Of a stretch of 62,892 bases of DNA, positions 1-9,686 are shown piece after piece (positions within the stretch are counted from its first letter, which is position 1; each line of letters opens with the position of its first letter). This stretch comes from an uncultured beta proteobacterium (lineage in GTDB: Bacteria > Pseudomonadota > Gammaproteobacteria > Burkholderiales > Burkholderiaceae_C): NCBI GenBank assembly GCA_903870065.1, contig CAIQBN010000397.1:1-62892 (forward strand), given 5' to 3'. The position numbers and the translations under genes are program-made. Under the pieces are notes generated by a model. That model had not been told where the DNA came from, made no database searches, and saw only the letters and a list, made by a program, of their open reading frames with translations.

Positions 1-1
1 C

Positions 2-1105
2 CTGGGCTTTCAGGCCAACCATGTGCCAATTCAGGCACCCCGTGCATTTGTTGAAAAGTACCGCGGCAAATACAAGGACGGCTGGGACGCCCTGCGCGAA
101 CAACGTCGCAAAAGCGCGGCAGCATTGGGCATCATTCCCGCCAACACACCGATGGTGCGGATGAGTACCACCAGCGACTGGAACGCGCTCAGCGAAAAAG
201 ACAAGCTCTACCAGCAGCGCCAGATGGAGATTTATGCCGCCATGGCCGATGCCATGGACCATGAAGTTGGCCGCTTCATTGCTCACCTCAAGTCCACCGG
301 CGAATACGACAACACGGTATTTGTGTTCTTGTCGGACAACGGTGCCGAGGGCAGTGATTACAAGGATGCGCAACCTTGGTTGTGGACGCAATATTCGCAG
401 GATATTGATCGAATTGGCGGCAAGGGTGGCTATGGAATTCCGGGGCCCAGTTGGGCCAGTGCATCGGTCTCGCCATTGACCGGTTATAAGTTTTACGCAG
501 CCGAAGGTGGCATCCGCGTGCCCATGCTGATTGCCGGTGTGGCGGGTGGGCGCAGCAACCACATTGCGCATGCGCTCACACATATCACCGACATTTCCCC
601 GACATTGCTGGAATTGGCCTCAGTTCCCTTGCCTGGAACCCAATACCACGGCCAGGCGATTGAACAAATCACTGGCAAGAGCCTGCTTCGGCTGGTCAGA
701 GGTGAAAGTCTGACCGTACGTACCCCGGATGAACCTCTGGGTTACGAGTTGTCGGGCAACCGAGCCTTGTTTAGGGGTGACCTCAAGCTCTCCAAAAATG
801 ACCCACCGGTGGGTGACGGGCAATGGCATTTGTATGACATCCAAAAAGACCCTGGCGAAACGCGCGACCTTCAGGGTGCGATGCCTCAGCAATTCGCATC
901 CATGCAGCAGGATTACCTGGTCTATGAAAAAACACATGGCGTCTTGCCGATGCCGGCGGGCTACAGTCCGACCGGCGCGGTGCTGATTAATGGCATTTAT
1001 AACTACTGGCTGCCAACCTACGGGCCAGCAGGCCTGGTTGTCTTCTGTTTACTTATTTCTACCATTTTGCTATTAAAACGGAAGCGCTCTGCGCATATTT
1101 CATGA
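2..1105 (+). CDS. Arylsulfatase/sulfatase family protein, 5'-truncated by the window edge, with a C-terminal membrane anchor
   Basis: Frame is open from base 2. It has sulfatase C-half motifs (NTVFVFLSDNG, K-x4-EGGIRVP, LYDIQKDPGETRDL) and a hydrophobic C-terminus followed by KRKR. Confidence 0.9.
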   Translation: MGFQANHVPIQAPRAFVEKYRGKYKDGWDALREQRRKSAAALGIIPANTPMVRMSTTSDWNALSEKDKLYQQRQMEIYAAMADAMDHEVGRFIAHLKSTGEYDNTVFVFLSDNGAEGSDYKDAQPWLWTQYSQDIDRIGGKGGYGIPGPSWASASVSPLTGYKFYAAEGGIRVPMLIAGVAGGRSNHIAHALTHITDISPTLLELASVPLPGTQYHGQAIEQITGKSLLRLVRGESLTVRTPDEPLGYELSGNRALFRGDLKLSKNDPPVGDGQWHLYDIQKDPGETRDLQGAMPQQFASMQQDYLVYEKTHGVLPMPAGYSPTGAVLINGIYNYWLPTYGPAGLVVFCLLISTILLLKRKRSAHIS

Positions 1106-1127
1106 GGGCTGTAGGCTATTTTCATTC
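1067..1127 (+). repeat. 61-bp dispersed element (family A), copy 1; spans the sulfatase stop and the next gene's start
   Basis: ttGCTattaaaacggaAGC gctctgcGCA tatttcatgagGGCTgtaggc tattttcattc; colinear with seven other copies. Confidence 0.8.
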
Positions 1128-2367
1128 ACCATGGCCGACTGAAGACGGTGGACCGCAGCGGCTGCAGATAGCCCTCTCCGGACGCGGTGCCATTGCGGGT
1201 TTGGCACTGCAAGCCGGTGAGCGGCTGCACTGCGTCACGCGCAACACGCTGATGTCGACCATGACCGTATTGGGGGCACCCGGTGAGGTTTACCTGATGC
1301 AGCACTCGGCCCTGCGCGCCCAGGTTGGCCTTGCCACCACTGCCTGTGTGGAGAAAATCGACCCCATCAGTCTGGAAACCATCGCACGCTCGCCGCGCCT
1401 GGCAGGCGGCCCCATGTGGCCCGGCGGCATGGCGGTGCACCGTAATGGTGAGCTCTATCTGGCCTATGGCCGCTATTTGCACCGCCTGAATCGCAACTGC
1501 CAGCCCATCGCCCAATTGCAGCTGCCCATCGCTGCGCCTTACAACTCATTTGTTGTTCTCGACAATGGCCTCATCGTCACCAAGAACCTGTCCGACGCCG
1601 TAGCCGCACGGCTAACCGTGGTCAACCCCGATACCGTCACGCGCGCCTGTGACGATGTCGATTGCCCCGAGCCTTCCATTGCGCGACTAAGCGCGATGGG
1701 CAACACGGTCTATGTGGTGGGGGTGCGTTCCATCTTTCGCTACCACTGGTCTGAGGCAAGAGGCGCATTGGAGTTCGATTCCACCTGGCGCTTTGACTAC
1801 GTTGGCAACACGACCCAGACCTACGGCTGGGATGTGGTGCTGGACGGGCAGCACGCCTGGTTCATGGACAACGGCAAGCACCGCTACCAGTTTCGGATGG
1901 TGGGTGCGGGAGTCAGTGCCACACCCAATCGGCTGATTCGCGTGTCACTCACCGATGCAGATGACCACCAAATTCTGGAGGTCTGCGGCGTGCGCGGCGG
2001 CAGCGTGACCAACCCGCCGGTCTTCGACCTGCAGCGCCAAATGGTAGTGGCCTACGACTCGGCCAATTGCCATTTGCGGGCATGGCGTTTTGACACTACC
2101 ACCCGCGCCTTGGAGCCGCTATGGCACAAGCAGGGTTTTGGGTGCGCCAGTCATATGGTGCTATACCCCGAAACCGGGGAACTGGTCACCAACGACTACC
2201 GTCAATTCGGCGAGGAAGTCGTGGTTCTGGATATTGAGACCGGTGCTGAGCGTGGCCGGGTGCGAACCGGTGGCATCATGCAAGGCGTTGTGTTTCCCAG
2301 CGTAGGCTGGGGGCGCGATGTGTACTGGAGCTCCATGGGACGCCTGGCTCGGGTGTTTGTCAATTGA
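1102..2367 (+). CDS. Hypothetical protein, probable beta-propeller
   Basis: 421-aa ORF with ATGA coupling to the sulfatase. Repeated beta-rich blades (e.g. NPPVFD...VVAYDS, VVVLDIETG). Confidence 0.7.
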   Translation: MRAVGYFHSPWPTEDGGPQRLQIALSGRGAIAGLALQAGERLHCVTRNTLMSTMTVLGAPGEVYLMQHSALRAQVGLATTACVEKIDPISLETIARSPRLAGGPMWPGGMAVHRNGELYLAYGRYLHRLNRNCQPIAQLQLPIAAPYNSFVVLDNGLIVTKNLSDAVAARLTVVNPDTVTRACDDVDCPEPSIARLSAMGNTVYVVGVRSIFRYHWSEARGALEFDSTWRFDYVGNTTQTYGWDVVLDGQHAWFMDNGKHRYQFRMVGAGVSATPNRLIRVSLTDADDHQILEVCGVRGGSVTNPPVFDLQRQMVVAYDSANCHLRAWRFDTTTRALEPLWHKQGFGCASHMVLYPETGELVTNDYRQFGEEVVVLDIETGAERGRVRTGGIMQGVVFPSVGWGRDVYWSSMGRLARVFVN

Positions 2368-2386
2368 TTGAAAGGAAACAGTCGCA

Positions 2387-3475
2387 ATGGCACGCAAGAC
2401 ACGATGGATTCTTGGCACGCTCATTGCAGCAGTGACGGCAACCCTGCTGGTACTGGCCTTTCAGCGACCCATCGCGACGGCACTGCTCGAGCAGATGGTC
2501 CACAAGAATGTCGGGCGCAACATCATCCCGGATCTGCCCGACGGACTGCACCTGGCCTTGTGCGGCACCGGCTCGCCCTTCCCCGACCCGACCCGCGCCG
2601 GGCCATGTTCGGCCATCATCGCCGGCGACCGGTTGTTCATCGTCGACACCGGTGAGGGCAGCGCACGTACCTTGGGCTACATGGGCATTCCGGCAGCCAA
2701 GATCGAAGCCATCTTTCTGACGCACTTTCACTCGGATCATATTGATGGCATCGGCCCGTTCCTCTTGCAGCGCTGGGGTGTTGGCACCTTCAAGACCCCC
2801 ACGCCGGTGTATGGTCCCTTGGGCGTAGAACAGGTCGTCGACGGATTTCGCGCGGCGTATGTACTGGACTTTGGCTACCGCGTGGCACACCACTCCCCCA
2901 AAATTATGCCGCCCGGCGGCAGTGGCGGCAAAGGAATACCATTCACCTTGCCCTCAACCGGGCAGGTAGACCATGTCGTGGTGATGGAAGACAAGGGCCT
3001 GAAAGTCACCGCATTTCGCGTCGACCACGCCCCGATTGACCCGGCGGTAGGTTATCGCTTTGACTACAAAGGACGCTCCATCGTGATCACCGGCGACACC
3101 AAAAAAACACCGTCAGTGCAAGCACTTGCCAGGAACGTCGACATATTGGTGCACGAAGCACTGCAACCCAAACTGGTCAAGCTCCTGGAAGCTGAATTTG
3201 CCAACCAACAGTTGAACAATATGTCGCAAGTCATGCGCGACATCCTGAACTACCACACCACGCCGGAAGAAGCAGCCGCCCAAGCGGCGGCAGCGGGTGC
3301 CAAAGAACTGGTGCTCAACCACATTGTTCCACCGCTACCCATTCGCTTTGCCTACCCGGCGTTCCTGGGAGATGCAGCCAAGTTTTATGACAAGCCCATC
3401 ACGGTGGGCGAAGACGGCATGCTGTTCAGCCTGCCTGCTAATTCCACTACCGTCGACCATAAAAGGCTCTACTAA
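2387..3475 (+). CDS. MBL-fold metallo-hydrolase (RNase Z/AtsA-like) with an N-terminal signal/TM
   Basis: Motifs CGTGSP, THFHSDH, ITGDT, LVHEA, YHTTP; AAGGA RBS upstream. Confidence 0.9.
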   Translation: MARKTRWILGTLIAAVTATLLVLAFQRPIATALLEQMVHKNVGRNIIPDLPDGLHLALCGTGSPFPDPTRAGPCSAIIAGDRLFIVDTGEGSARTLGYMGIPAAKIEAIFLTHFHSDHIDGIGPFLLQRWGVGTFKTPTPVYGPLGVEQVVDGFRAAYVLDFGYRVAHHSPKIMPPGGSGGKGIPFTLPSTGQVDHVVVMEDKGLKVTAFRVDHAPIDPAVGYRFDYKGRSIVITGDTKKTPSVQALARNVDILVHEALQPKLVKLLEAEFANQQLNNMSQVMRDILNYHTTPEEAAAQAAAAGAKELVLNHIVPPLPIRFAYPAFLGDAAKFYDKPITVGEDGMLFSLPANSTTVDHKRLY

Positions 3476-3477
3476 CC

Positions 3478-4350
3478 ATGCGTTCTCTCCAAGGTAAATC
3501 GGTTGTTATTACTGGCGCTGCTTCGGGCATTGGTGAGGCGCTGGCCCATGCCAGCGCAGTGCGCGGCGCACGGCTGCTTTTGGCCGATATCGATGCGCCG
3601 GGTCTAGAGCGGGTGGTCACGGCCATCCGATCAACCGGTGCCGAATGCTCTGGCCTGGTCACCGACACTGGCAATGAGGCGGCAATCCACGCTCTCGCGC
3701 AAGCCGCTCAGGACAGGCTCGGTGGGGCCGATGTCGTGGTCAACAACGCCGGTGTCGGCCTGTTGGCGCCAGTGGACAAACTGCGCACTGCGGATGCACA
3801 TTGGCTCATGAACATCAACTTCTGGGGCGTGGTGCATGGCTGCCAAGCCTTCATACCGCAATTGCGCCAGCGCAGCGACACCGTTCTGGTCAACATCTCC
3901 AGCATCTTCGCCATGGTGTCGATTCCCACGCAGAGCATTTACAACGCCAGCAAAGCGGCCGTGCGTGGTTTTAGCGACGCCCTGCGCGAAGAACTGCGGG
4001 GCTCGGGCGTGGATGTGCTGTGCGTACACCCCGGCGGCATCAAGACCAATATCGCCAACAGTGCGCGCATCACCGATGTGTCGATGGTGGCCGACTCCGA
4101 CCAGGACATGCGCAGCAACTTCGCCAAGCTGGCACGCACCACGTCGCAACAGGCTGCGGCAGTCATCATCGAAGCCATTGAAACACGAAAGACGCGTGTA
4201 CTCATTGGCGCGGACGCCAGGATCACGGACTGGTTATTTCGTTTATTCCCAGCCCAGGCTTCCCACTGGATCAGCAACTTGGGCCAGCGGATGCGCAAGC
4301 GCGCCCATGCCAAAGCGCAGGCAACACAAACCCTGGATAAAGCGGCATGA
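3478..4350 (+). CDS. Short-chain dehydrogenase/reductase
   Basis: Motifs TGAASGIG, NNAG, YNASK. Confidence 0.92.
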   Translation: MRSLQGKSVVITGAASGIGEALAHASAVRGARLLLADIDAPGLERVVTAIRSTGAECSGLVTDTGNEAAIHALAQAAQDRLGGADVVVNNAGVGLLAPVDKLRTADAHWLMNINFWGVVHGCQAFIPQLRQRSDTVLVNISSIFAMVSIPTQSIYNASKAAVRGFSDALREELRGSGVDVLCVHPGGIKTNIANSARITDVSMVADSDQDMRSNFAKLARTTSQQAAAVIIEAIETRKTRVLIGADARITDWLFRLFPAQASHWISNLGQRMRKRAHAKAQATQTLDKAA

Positions 4351-5273
4351 CCAAGCTACCCGTCATTGACAAAAAAAACGTGCTGCGCACACCCGACGCA
4401 CGCTTCGCCAACATCACCGACTTTCCCTACACGCCAAAATACCTGGAAGTGGGGGGCCTGCGCATCGCCTACCTTGATGAAGGCCCGCGCAATGCTGCGC
4501 AGGTTCTGCTGATGCATGGTGAACCTACCTGGTCTTACCTGTACCGCAAGATGATTCCGGGATTGCTGGCGGCAGGGCACCGCGTTATTGCCCCCGATCT
4601 GGTGGGCTTTGGTCGCTCGGACAAGCCCACTCAAAAAAATGCCTTCTCGTACGCCAACCATGTAGCCTGGATGGTCGCCTGGATGGAAACCGTGGATATT
4701 CAACATGCCACGCTGTTCTGTCAGGACTGGGGCTCGCTGATTGGGCTGCGCCTGGTGACCCACAGCCCGAATCGCTTTGATCGCGTCGTACTGGCCAACG
4801 GTGGCTTGCCGACCGGCGCGCAAGGGATCGTGCCCAAGGCATTCAAGATCTGGCGGGCATTTGCCCGTTTCAGCCCGTGGTTTCCGATTGGGCGCATTGT
4901 CAACTCGGGCTGCGCGCAGAAATTGAGCCCGCAAGAGACTTCCGCGTACGACGCACCCTTCCCTTCATCAAAGTATGCAGTGGCGGCCCGCCTGTTCCCC
5001 AGCTTTGTGCCCACCACGCCAACCGACCCGGAGCGTGCCGCCAATGAACAGGCATGGGAAGTTCTGAAGCAATGGCATAAACCTTTCCTGACCCTGTTCA
5101 GCAGCCGGGACCCGGTCACCCGTGGCGGCGACAAGATATTTCAAAAGCTGGTGCCCGGTGCGGCCAAGCAGCCCCACGCCACAACACGCGGAGCCGGCCA
5201 CTTTTTGCAGGAAGACAAGGGCCCGGAACTGGCAAAAACCATTGCGGATTTCATAGCATCAAGACCCGCCTAA
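4347..5273 (+). CDS. Haloalkane dehalogenase (alpha/beta hydrolase)
   Basis: LRTPDARF N-terminus, HGEPTWSYLYRKMI, nucleophile motif QDWG, catalytic GHFLQED. Confidence 0.9.
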   Translation: MTKLPVIDKKNVLRTPDARFANITDFPYTPKYLEVGGLRIAYLDEGPRNAAQVLLMHGEPTWSYLYRKMIPGLLAAGHRVIAPDLVGFGRSDKPTQKNAFSYANHVAWMVAWMETVDIQHATLFCQDWGSLIGLRLVTHSPNRFDRVVLANGGLPTGAQGIVPKAFKIWRAFARFSPWFPIGRIVNSGCAQKLSPQETSAYDAPFPSSKYAVAARLFPSFVPTTPTDPERAANEQAWEVLKQWHKPFLTLFSSRDPVTRGGDKIFQKLVPGAAKQPHATTRGAGHFLQEDKGPELAKTIADFIASRPA

Positions 5274-5306
5274 GCCACACGCAATTTCCACTCAGCCCAA
5301 AAAAAC

Positions 5307-5576
5307 ATGATTAGTTTTTTCAAAACACTTTGCCTGGCAACCTACGCACTGGCGCTGGCCGTACCTTTCATCACCCTGCCACTGGAGGCGGGCCCGTATG
5401 TGCAAAAGCTGGCCCTGATCTTGTTGGCCGCCCATATTCTGGAGTTGCCCATCGCCTACCGGTATCTCAGGCTGTACCAAGGCCCCCTCATCGACAGCGT
5501 GGCTTTGTCACTGCTGTATGGTTTGCTGCATTGGCGGCCTCTGGCAAAGACCAGCAAACAAAGCGCTGACCGTTGA
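5307..5576 (+). CDS. Small membrane protein (DUF1145-like)
   Basis: 89-aa hydrophobic ORF with AHxLE and LLYGLLHW motifs; lies within the operon. Confidence 0.65.
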   Translation: MISFFKTLCLATYALALAVPFITLPLEAGPYVQKLALILLAAHILELPIAYRYLRLYQGPLIDSVALSLLYGLLHWRPLAKTSKQSADR

Positions 5577-6190
5577 GCATGCAAAGCACGCGCACGTTTG
5601 GCAGGTGGCAACGGTTCGCTGTCGGATTGAGCCTGTACGCGGCGGCGGTCGCCTTGGGTCTTGGCTCGGCCTGGTGGGTATTAAAAAAGGCCCCCTGGAT
5701 GGTGCAAACCGTGCAGACTGGTGCCTGGCGGGGAAACCTGCTCGCGGGCAGCCCGGACGCAGACCTGTACACCCGGGCCAGCATTGCCCTCAACGCCCTG
5801 CTGGCACTGGGCCGGGACGAGACCATGTATTTCATCGCCACACACGACGATGCCGGACGCCCGTTGCGCGCACATTGCAGCTACCGTGTGGAAGGCGCGC
5901 CACCCAAGGCCCGATGGTGGAGCGTCACGGCCTATGCCGACGATATGTTTTTGTTTGATGCCCCCAACAAACACTACAGCCTCAACGGCACTACGGCACG
6001 CCTCGATGCCAATGGCCGCTTTGCATTCACCACCGGCGGACAGGAACAGCCCGGAACGCACTGGCTCCCGACACCCGGCAACCGCGGGTTGGTATTGACA
6101 CTGCGTTTGTACAACCCCGAACCGGAGCTCCAGGCGGCGCCTGCTTCGCTAACGCCACCCACCATCACGTCATTTGGGGTCTGCGCATGA
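5573..6190 (+). CDS. DUF1214-domain protein with an N-terminal TM (start may be ATG 5579)
   Basis: Motifs DDAGRPL, ARWWSVTAY, WLPTP, LTLRLYNP typical of DUF1214. Confidence 0.8.
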   Translation: MSMQSTRTFGRWQRFAVGLSLYAAAVALGLGSAWWVLKKAPWMVQTVQTGAWRGNLLAGSPDADLYTRASIALNALLALGRDETMYFIATHDDAGRPLRAHCSYRVEGAPPKARWWSVTAYADDMFLFDAPNKHYSLNGTTARLDANGRFAFTTGGQEQPGTHWLPTPGNRGLVLTLRLYNPEPELQAAPASLTPPTITSFGVCA

Positions 6191-6750
6191 AGCACTTGTC
6201 AGATCACCATCGCCTTTGGTTCTATCGCATTCTCACGCTCATTGCCACCGCAATACTGGTGCACATCGCCGCAGTCTGGGCTGCACCGCGACTGATCATG
6301 CAAGTACTGATGCACGGCCCCATGGCAAAAACGATGAACATGCAGAACCAGGCTGCGTTTCCTCCACCGGTGACGGCCGCATCCCGCACGGTTGTCATGC
6401 CCAGCCCGGATCTGCTGTATTCGGTATGTGTGTTTGACATGACCGCCGGCCCCGTGCGCATATCGGCAAATCCGAAATTGCAGTCCTACTGGTCTATCGC
6501 ACTGTACGCAGCCAACAGCGACAATTTTTTTGTCATCAACGATCGCAAAGCAGACGGACGCCCGGTGGATCTCTGGCTCGTTTCTGAGGCCGGAACTTCC
6601 GATGCCAGGCCCATACCCGCCGCTGCCCAGGTCGTGGTATCCCCATCCAAAACAGGCTTTCTGCTGATGCGCGTTTTGACCGGTGACTATGAGACCGAAA
6701 AGACCGTCATCGAACCCGCCCGCCGCACGCTGACCTGCTCACCCGCCTAG
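6187..6750 (+). CDS. DUF1254-domain protein with an N-terminal TM
   Basis: Motifs VVMPSPDLLYSVCVFD...GPV, YWSIALY, NFFVINDR; ATGA overlap with the previous gene. Confidence 0.8.
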   Translation: MKHLSDHHRLWFYRILTLIATAILVHIAAVWAAPRLIMQVLMHGPMAKTMNMQNQAAFPPPVTAASRTVVMPSPDLLYSVCVFDMTAGPVRISANPKLQSYWSIALYAANSDNFFVINDRKADGRPVDLWLVSEAGTSDARPIPAAAQVVVSPSKTGFLLMRVLTGDYETEKTVIEPARRTLTCSPA

Positions 6751-6758
6751 GACGCTTC

Positions 6759-7667
6759 ATGCTTGCACAACTCTTGCGGCGCACCCTCTTTGCGCAACTC
6801 ATCATGGGCGGTGCCCTGGCCTACTGGCTGCGTGCCAGCAACACGCTTTCCACGGCGCAAGCCTTTGCTTTGGTCGCCGCCGTCCCTTTTTTGGTCATGG
6901 CTCTGGTGGACGTCTACACCGCCGTTGTTTCCCGTGGGCCCGAGCCATGGGCTGCGTGGCTCCGGTCGTTGGTCGGTGAGTACCGGGCCGGTGTCGTCAT
7001 TTTCCTGCTCCGCCAGCCCTGGACGCGCGAAGAGCCGCACCTATTGCCTGCAACCGGCACGCACAAAAGCATTCCGGTTGTGCTGGTCCACGGTTACCTG
7101 TGCAACCACAGAATCTGGGACGATGTAGCGCCCCGACTGCGCGCCCAAGGCCATGATGTGTTCGCCGTCAATTTGGAACCCCTGTTCTGTTCCATCGACC
7201 GCTATGCAGATGTGGTGGATTCTGCTGTTCGGGCTCTGTTGGCCCATAGTGGACAACAACAGGTGGCATTGGTCGGGCACAGCATGGGCGGGCTCGCCAT
7301 CCGCGCATGGCTCCGTGTCCATGGTCGCGCGCGGGCAGCGCGCGTGGTGACGCTGGGAACACCCCACGTGGGTACCCAGGTCCCGCAACAAGTCAAAAGC
7401 ATGAATGGCATCCAGATGGCGTGGAAGAGCGAGTGGCTTGACGCGCTCACGGCCTCTGAGACGCCGGCTACACACAGGCTATTTCACATCGCTCTGACCC
7501 CGCAGGACAACATCGTCTACCCACAGCGCGCACAGGTCTTGCCCAACCTGACACCCACCGTTTTTGAGGGCATTGGCCATCTGCAAATGTGTCTGGACCC
7601 CGCAGTAATTCAATGGCTCATGAGCCAGTTGGCTGCAGTGGACGTGCAACCCGTTGCGCCCGCATAA
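6759..7667 (+). CDS. Membrane-anchored esterase/lipase (alpha/beta hydrolase)
   Basis: Motifs LVHGY, GHSMGG, TLGTPH, and catalytic His in GHLQM; two N-terminal TMs. Confidence 0.85.
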   Translation: MLAQLLRRTLFAQLIMGGALAYWLRASNTLSTAQAFALVAAVPFLVMALVDVYTAVVSRGPEPWAAWLRSLVGEYRAGVVIFLLRQPWTREEPHLLPATGTHKSIPVVLVHGYLCNHRIWDDVAPRLRAQGHDVFAVNLEPLFCSIDRYADVVDSAVRALLAHSGQQQVALVGHSMGGLAIRAWLRVHGRARAARVVTLGTPHVGTQVPQQVKSMNGIQMAWKSEWLDALTASETPATHRLFHIALTPQDNIVYPQRAQVLPNLTPTVFEGIGHLQMCLDPAVIQWLMSQLAAVDVQPVAPA

Positions 7668-7687
7668 CGCCAAAGAGCGAAAAGGCC

Positions 7688-8869
7688 ATGTCCAAAATAA
7701 AGGCATTCATCGGACGCAGCGTCGCACGGCTCATTACCAGCACTGACGCGCAAAAATTCCGGCAGTCACTCCATGCCTTGCGCAGACGTAGCGTGGGCCG
7801 GGCACCCACTGTGCACTATTTCCATCAGCCGGATGACCCCTACAGCCAGTTGCTGGCGCGGTGTTTACCAACCCTTCAATCGCGCTACGCCATTTCCATT
7901 GTTTACCATGTGGTCCCGCCGCCCGACGCTGCGGCCGCGCCCGATATTGAGCGCTTGCGGGCATGGTCGTTGCGCGATGCAAAGCGCCTGGCGAGTGCGC
8001 TTTCGGGGTTGCCCCTGGAGGCTACAGCGGCCGCGTCGCAAGCTGTTTCTGACACTGCACTGGCGCAAGGTGCCGCACGTCGCAAACAGTTGGGACACTA
8101 CCTGGGTGCCACGCTGTACTTCGAAGGTGAGTGGTACTGGGGTGTTGATCGTCTGCACTATCTGGAGGCACGCCTGGCAAACGCCGGACTGCGGCTTGGC
8201 ACCCCGCCCCACAGCACCCAGCCACATTGCATTGTCCCGCCACGTGCGCTGCAATTCAAGACTGTCAGCGCAGCCGTATCGCCGCGGCCTGTTATCCACT
8301 TTTACTGCTCTCTGCGCAGCCCTTACACCTATTTGGCCGCACCTCAAGTGCGCGAGTTGGCAAACCACTACGGTGCTGAACTGCGTCTACGTTTTGTGCT
8401 GCCGATGGTGATGCGGGGATTGCCCGTGCCGCTGCCAAAGCGGCTGTACATTTTGCGTGACACCAAACGCGAAGCCGACCGGTTGGGACAGCCCTTTGGT
8501 TTGGTGGTTGACCCGGTCGGAAAACCGGTGGAGAACGGGCTGGCACTCCTGCACGCCGCGATCAAGACCGGGCAAGGATCCGCACTTCTGGAGTCATTTC
8601 TGCAGGGTGTATTTGCGCAGGGACTTGACGCATCCAGCGTGGGCGGACTGCAGCAGATCGCCAGCCGTGCTGGCATGAGCGCAGCCGACGTCGCAGCGGC
8701 GCTGTCGGATGATGGCTGGCGCGCGGTCGCAGAGACCAACCGCGCAGACATGCTGGAGCGCGGCATCTGGGGCGTACCCTCGTTTCGCGTGAATGAAATG
8801 CCCCTTCTGTGGGGTCAAGACCGGTTGTGGATGCTGGAGGAAGACCTCATCACCGCATTGCGCGCGTGA
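7688..8869 (+). CDS. Tandem DsbA-like / 2-hydroxychromene-2-carboxylate isomerase (kappa-GST-like) protein
   Basis: Two modules: DDPYS...YWGVDRL and RSPYTY...GVPSF...WGQDRL. Start placed at ATG 7688 after AAAGG. Confidence 0.8.
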   Translation: MSKIKAFIGRSVARLITSTDAQKFRQSLHALRRRSVGRAPTVHYFHQPDDPYSQLLARCLPTLQSRYAISIVYHVVPPPDAAAAPDIERLRAWSLRDAKRLASALSGLPLEATAAASQAVSDTALAQGAARRKQLGHYLGATLYFEGEWYWGVDRLHYLEARLANAGLRLGTPPHSTQPHCIVPPRALQFKTVSAAVSPRPVIHFYCSLRSPYTYLAAPQVRELANHYGAELRLRFVLPMVMRGLPVPLPKRLYILRDTKREADRLGQPFGLVVDPVGKPVENGLALLHAAIKTGQGSALLESFLQGVFAQGLDASSVGGLQQIASRAGMSAADVAAALSDDGWRAVAETNRADMLERGIWGVPSFRVNEMPLLWGQDRLWMLEEDLITALRA

Positions 8870-8908
8870 CGCTGTACCGAACGTGGCACGTGCCACTGTG
8901 ATGCGGGC

Positions 8909-9574
8909 CTATTTCTCCGCGCCCCCTGGCTCCCGCTTTGCCAGCATGTACATATAGCCATCCACCAGATCGGCCATTGCCTGGGCAAATTGTGGTGAGG
9001 TGGTGTCGGGGTCATCGTTCCAAATCGCTGTGCGCAAAGCACCAAGAAACGAGCGTGACAGCACAAACATTTCGGTCGGGTTGAGCAGGCGCTGCATGGT
9101 CAGTCCCTGTGTGCGCAACGACACGCTGGCAAGCATTTGGCCCAGGAATGTGTTGCGCCCTTCAATCATGCGCACATCCCGGCGGGACAACACCCACTCA
9201 ATGATCGCGCGGTGGGCCGCCCTGCGTTGACTGAAAGCACCCACCATCATGTCAACCAGATCCCGCGTGGTTTGCTTCTTGCCCCGCGCTGCCGCATCAC
9301 TGAACTCGGCCAGCAGGGTCTGCCTCTGCCGTTCACTCTCGAGTTCGACCAGCGCCATCATCACAGCATCAATGTTTTCAAAATACTGGTACAAGGTGCC
9401 CACACCATAACCTGATCGCTCAGCAAGGGCTGCGACCTTGAATCCGTCCAACCCTTCGGTTTCCAAAATCTGAACTGCGCTCTCCAAAATGGCCTCAACC
9501 GTCTGCCGCGACCGGTCTTGCTGCGGTGCTCGAACGATTGATTTAATTGATGTTTTTTCTATTTTCTTGGCCAT
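8909..9574 (-). CDS. TetR/AcrR family transcriptional regulator
   Basis: PQQDRSRQTVEAIL and HTH LAERSGYGVGTLYQYF. Confidence 0.92.
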   Translation of the reverse strand: MAKKIEKTSIKSIVRAPQQDRSRQTVEAILESAVQILETEGLDGFKVAALAERSGYGVGTLYQYFENIDAVMMALVELESERQRQTLLAEFSDAAARGKKQTTRDLVDMMVGAFSQRRAAHRAIIEWVLSRRDVRMIEGRNTFLGQMLASVSLRTQGLTMQRLLNPTEMFVLSRSFLGALRTAIWNDDPDTTSPQFAQAMADLVDGYMYMLAKREPGGAEK

Positions 9575-9589
9575 GCGAGGGTTACCCAA

Positions 9590-9620
9590 AAATGTGAAAC
9601 ATTTAACTGAAACTATTTCA
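9590..9620. promoter_or_regulatory. Candidate TetR operator(s) in a divergent promoter
   Basis: Two palindromes in an AT-rich spacer: aaatgt-gaa-acattt (9590-9604) and tgaaa-cta-tttca (9608-9620). Confidence 0.5.
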
Positions 9621-9686
9621 TAAACTATAGACTAGTCAACCGCCAAAAGGGTTGTAAGCGGTAGCAACTTTTCTTCGGAGGCACTC

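Noticed and set aside
8883-8896. Perfect 14-bp palindrome gtggcacgtgccac between convergent genes
   Set aside because: Single copy with no T-tract; function cannot be supported.
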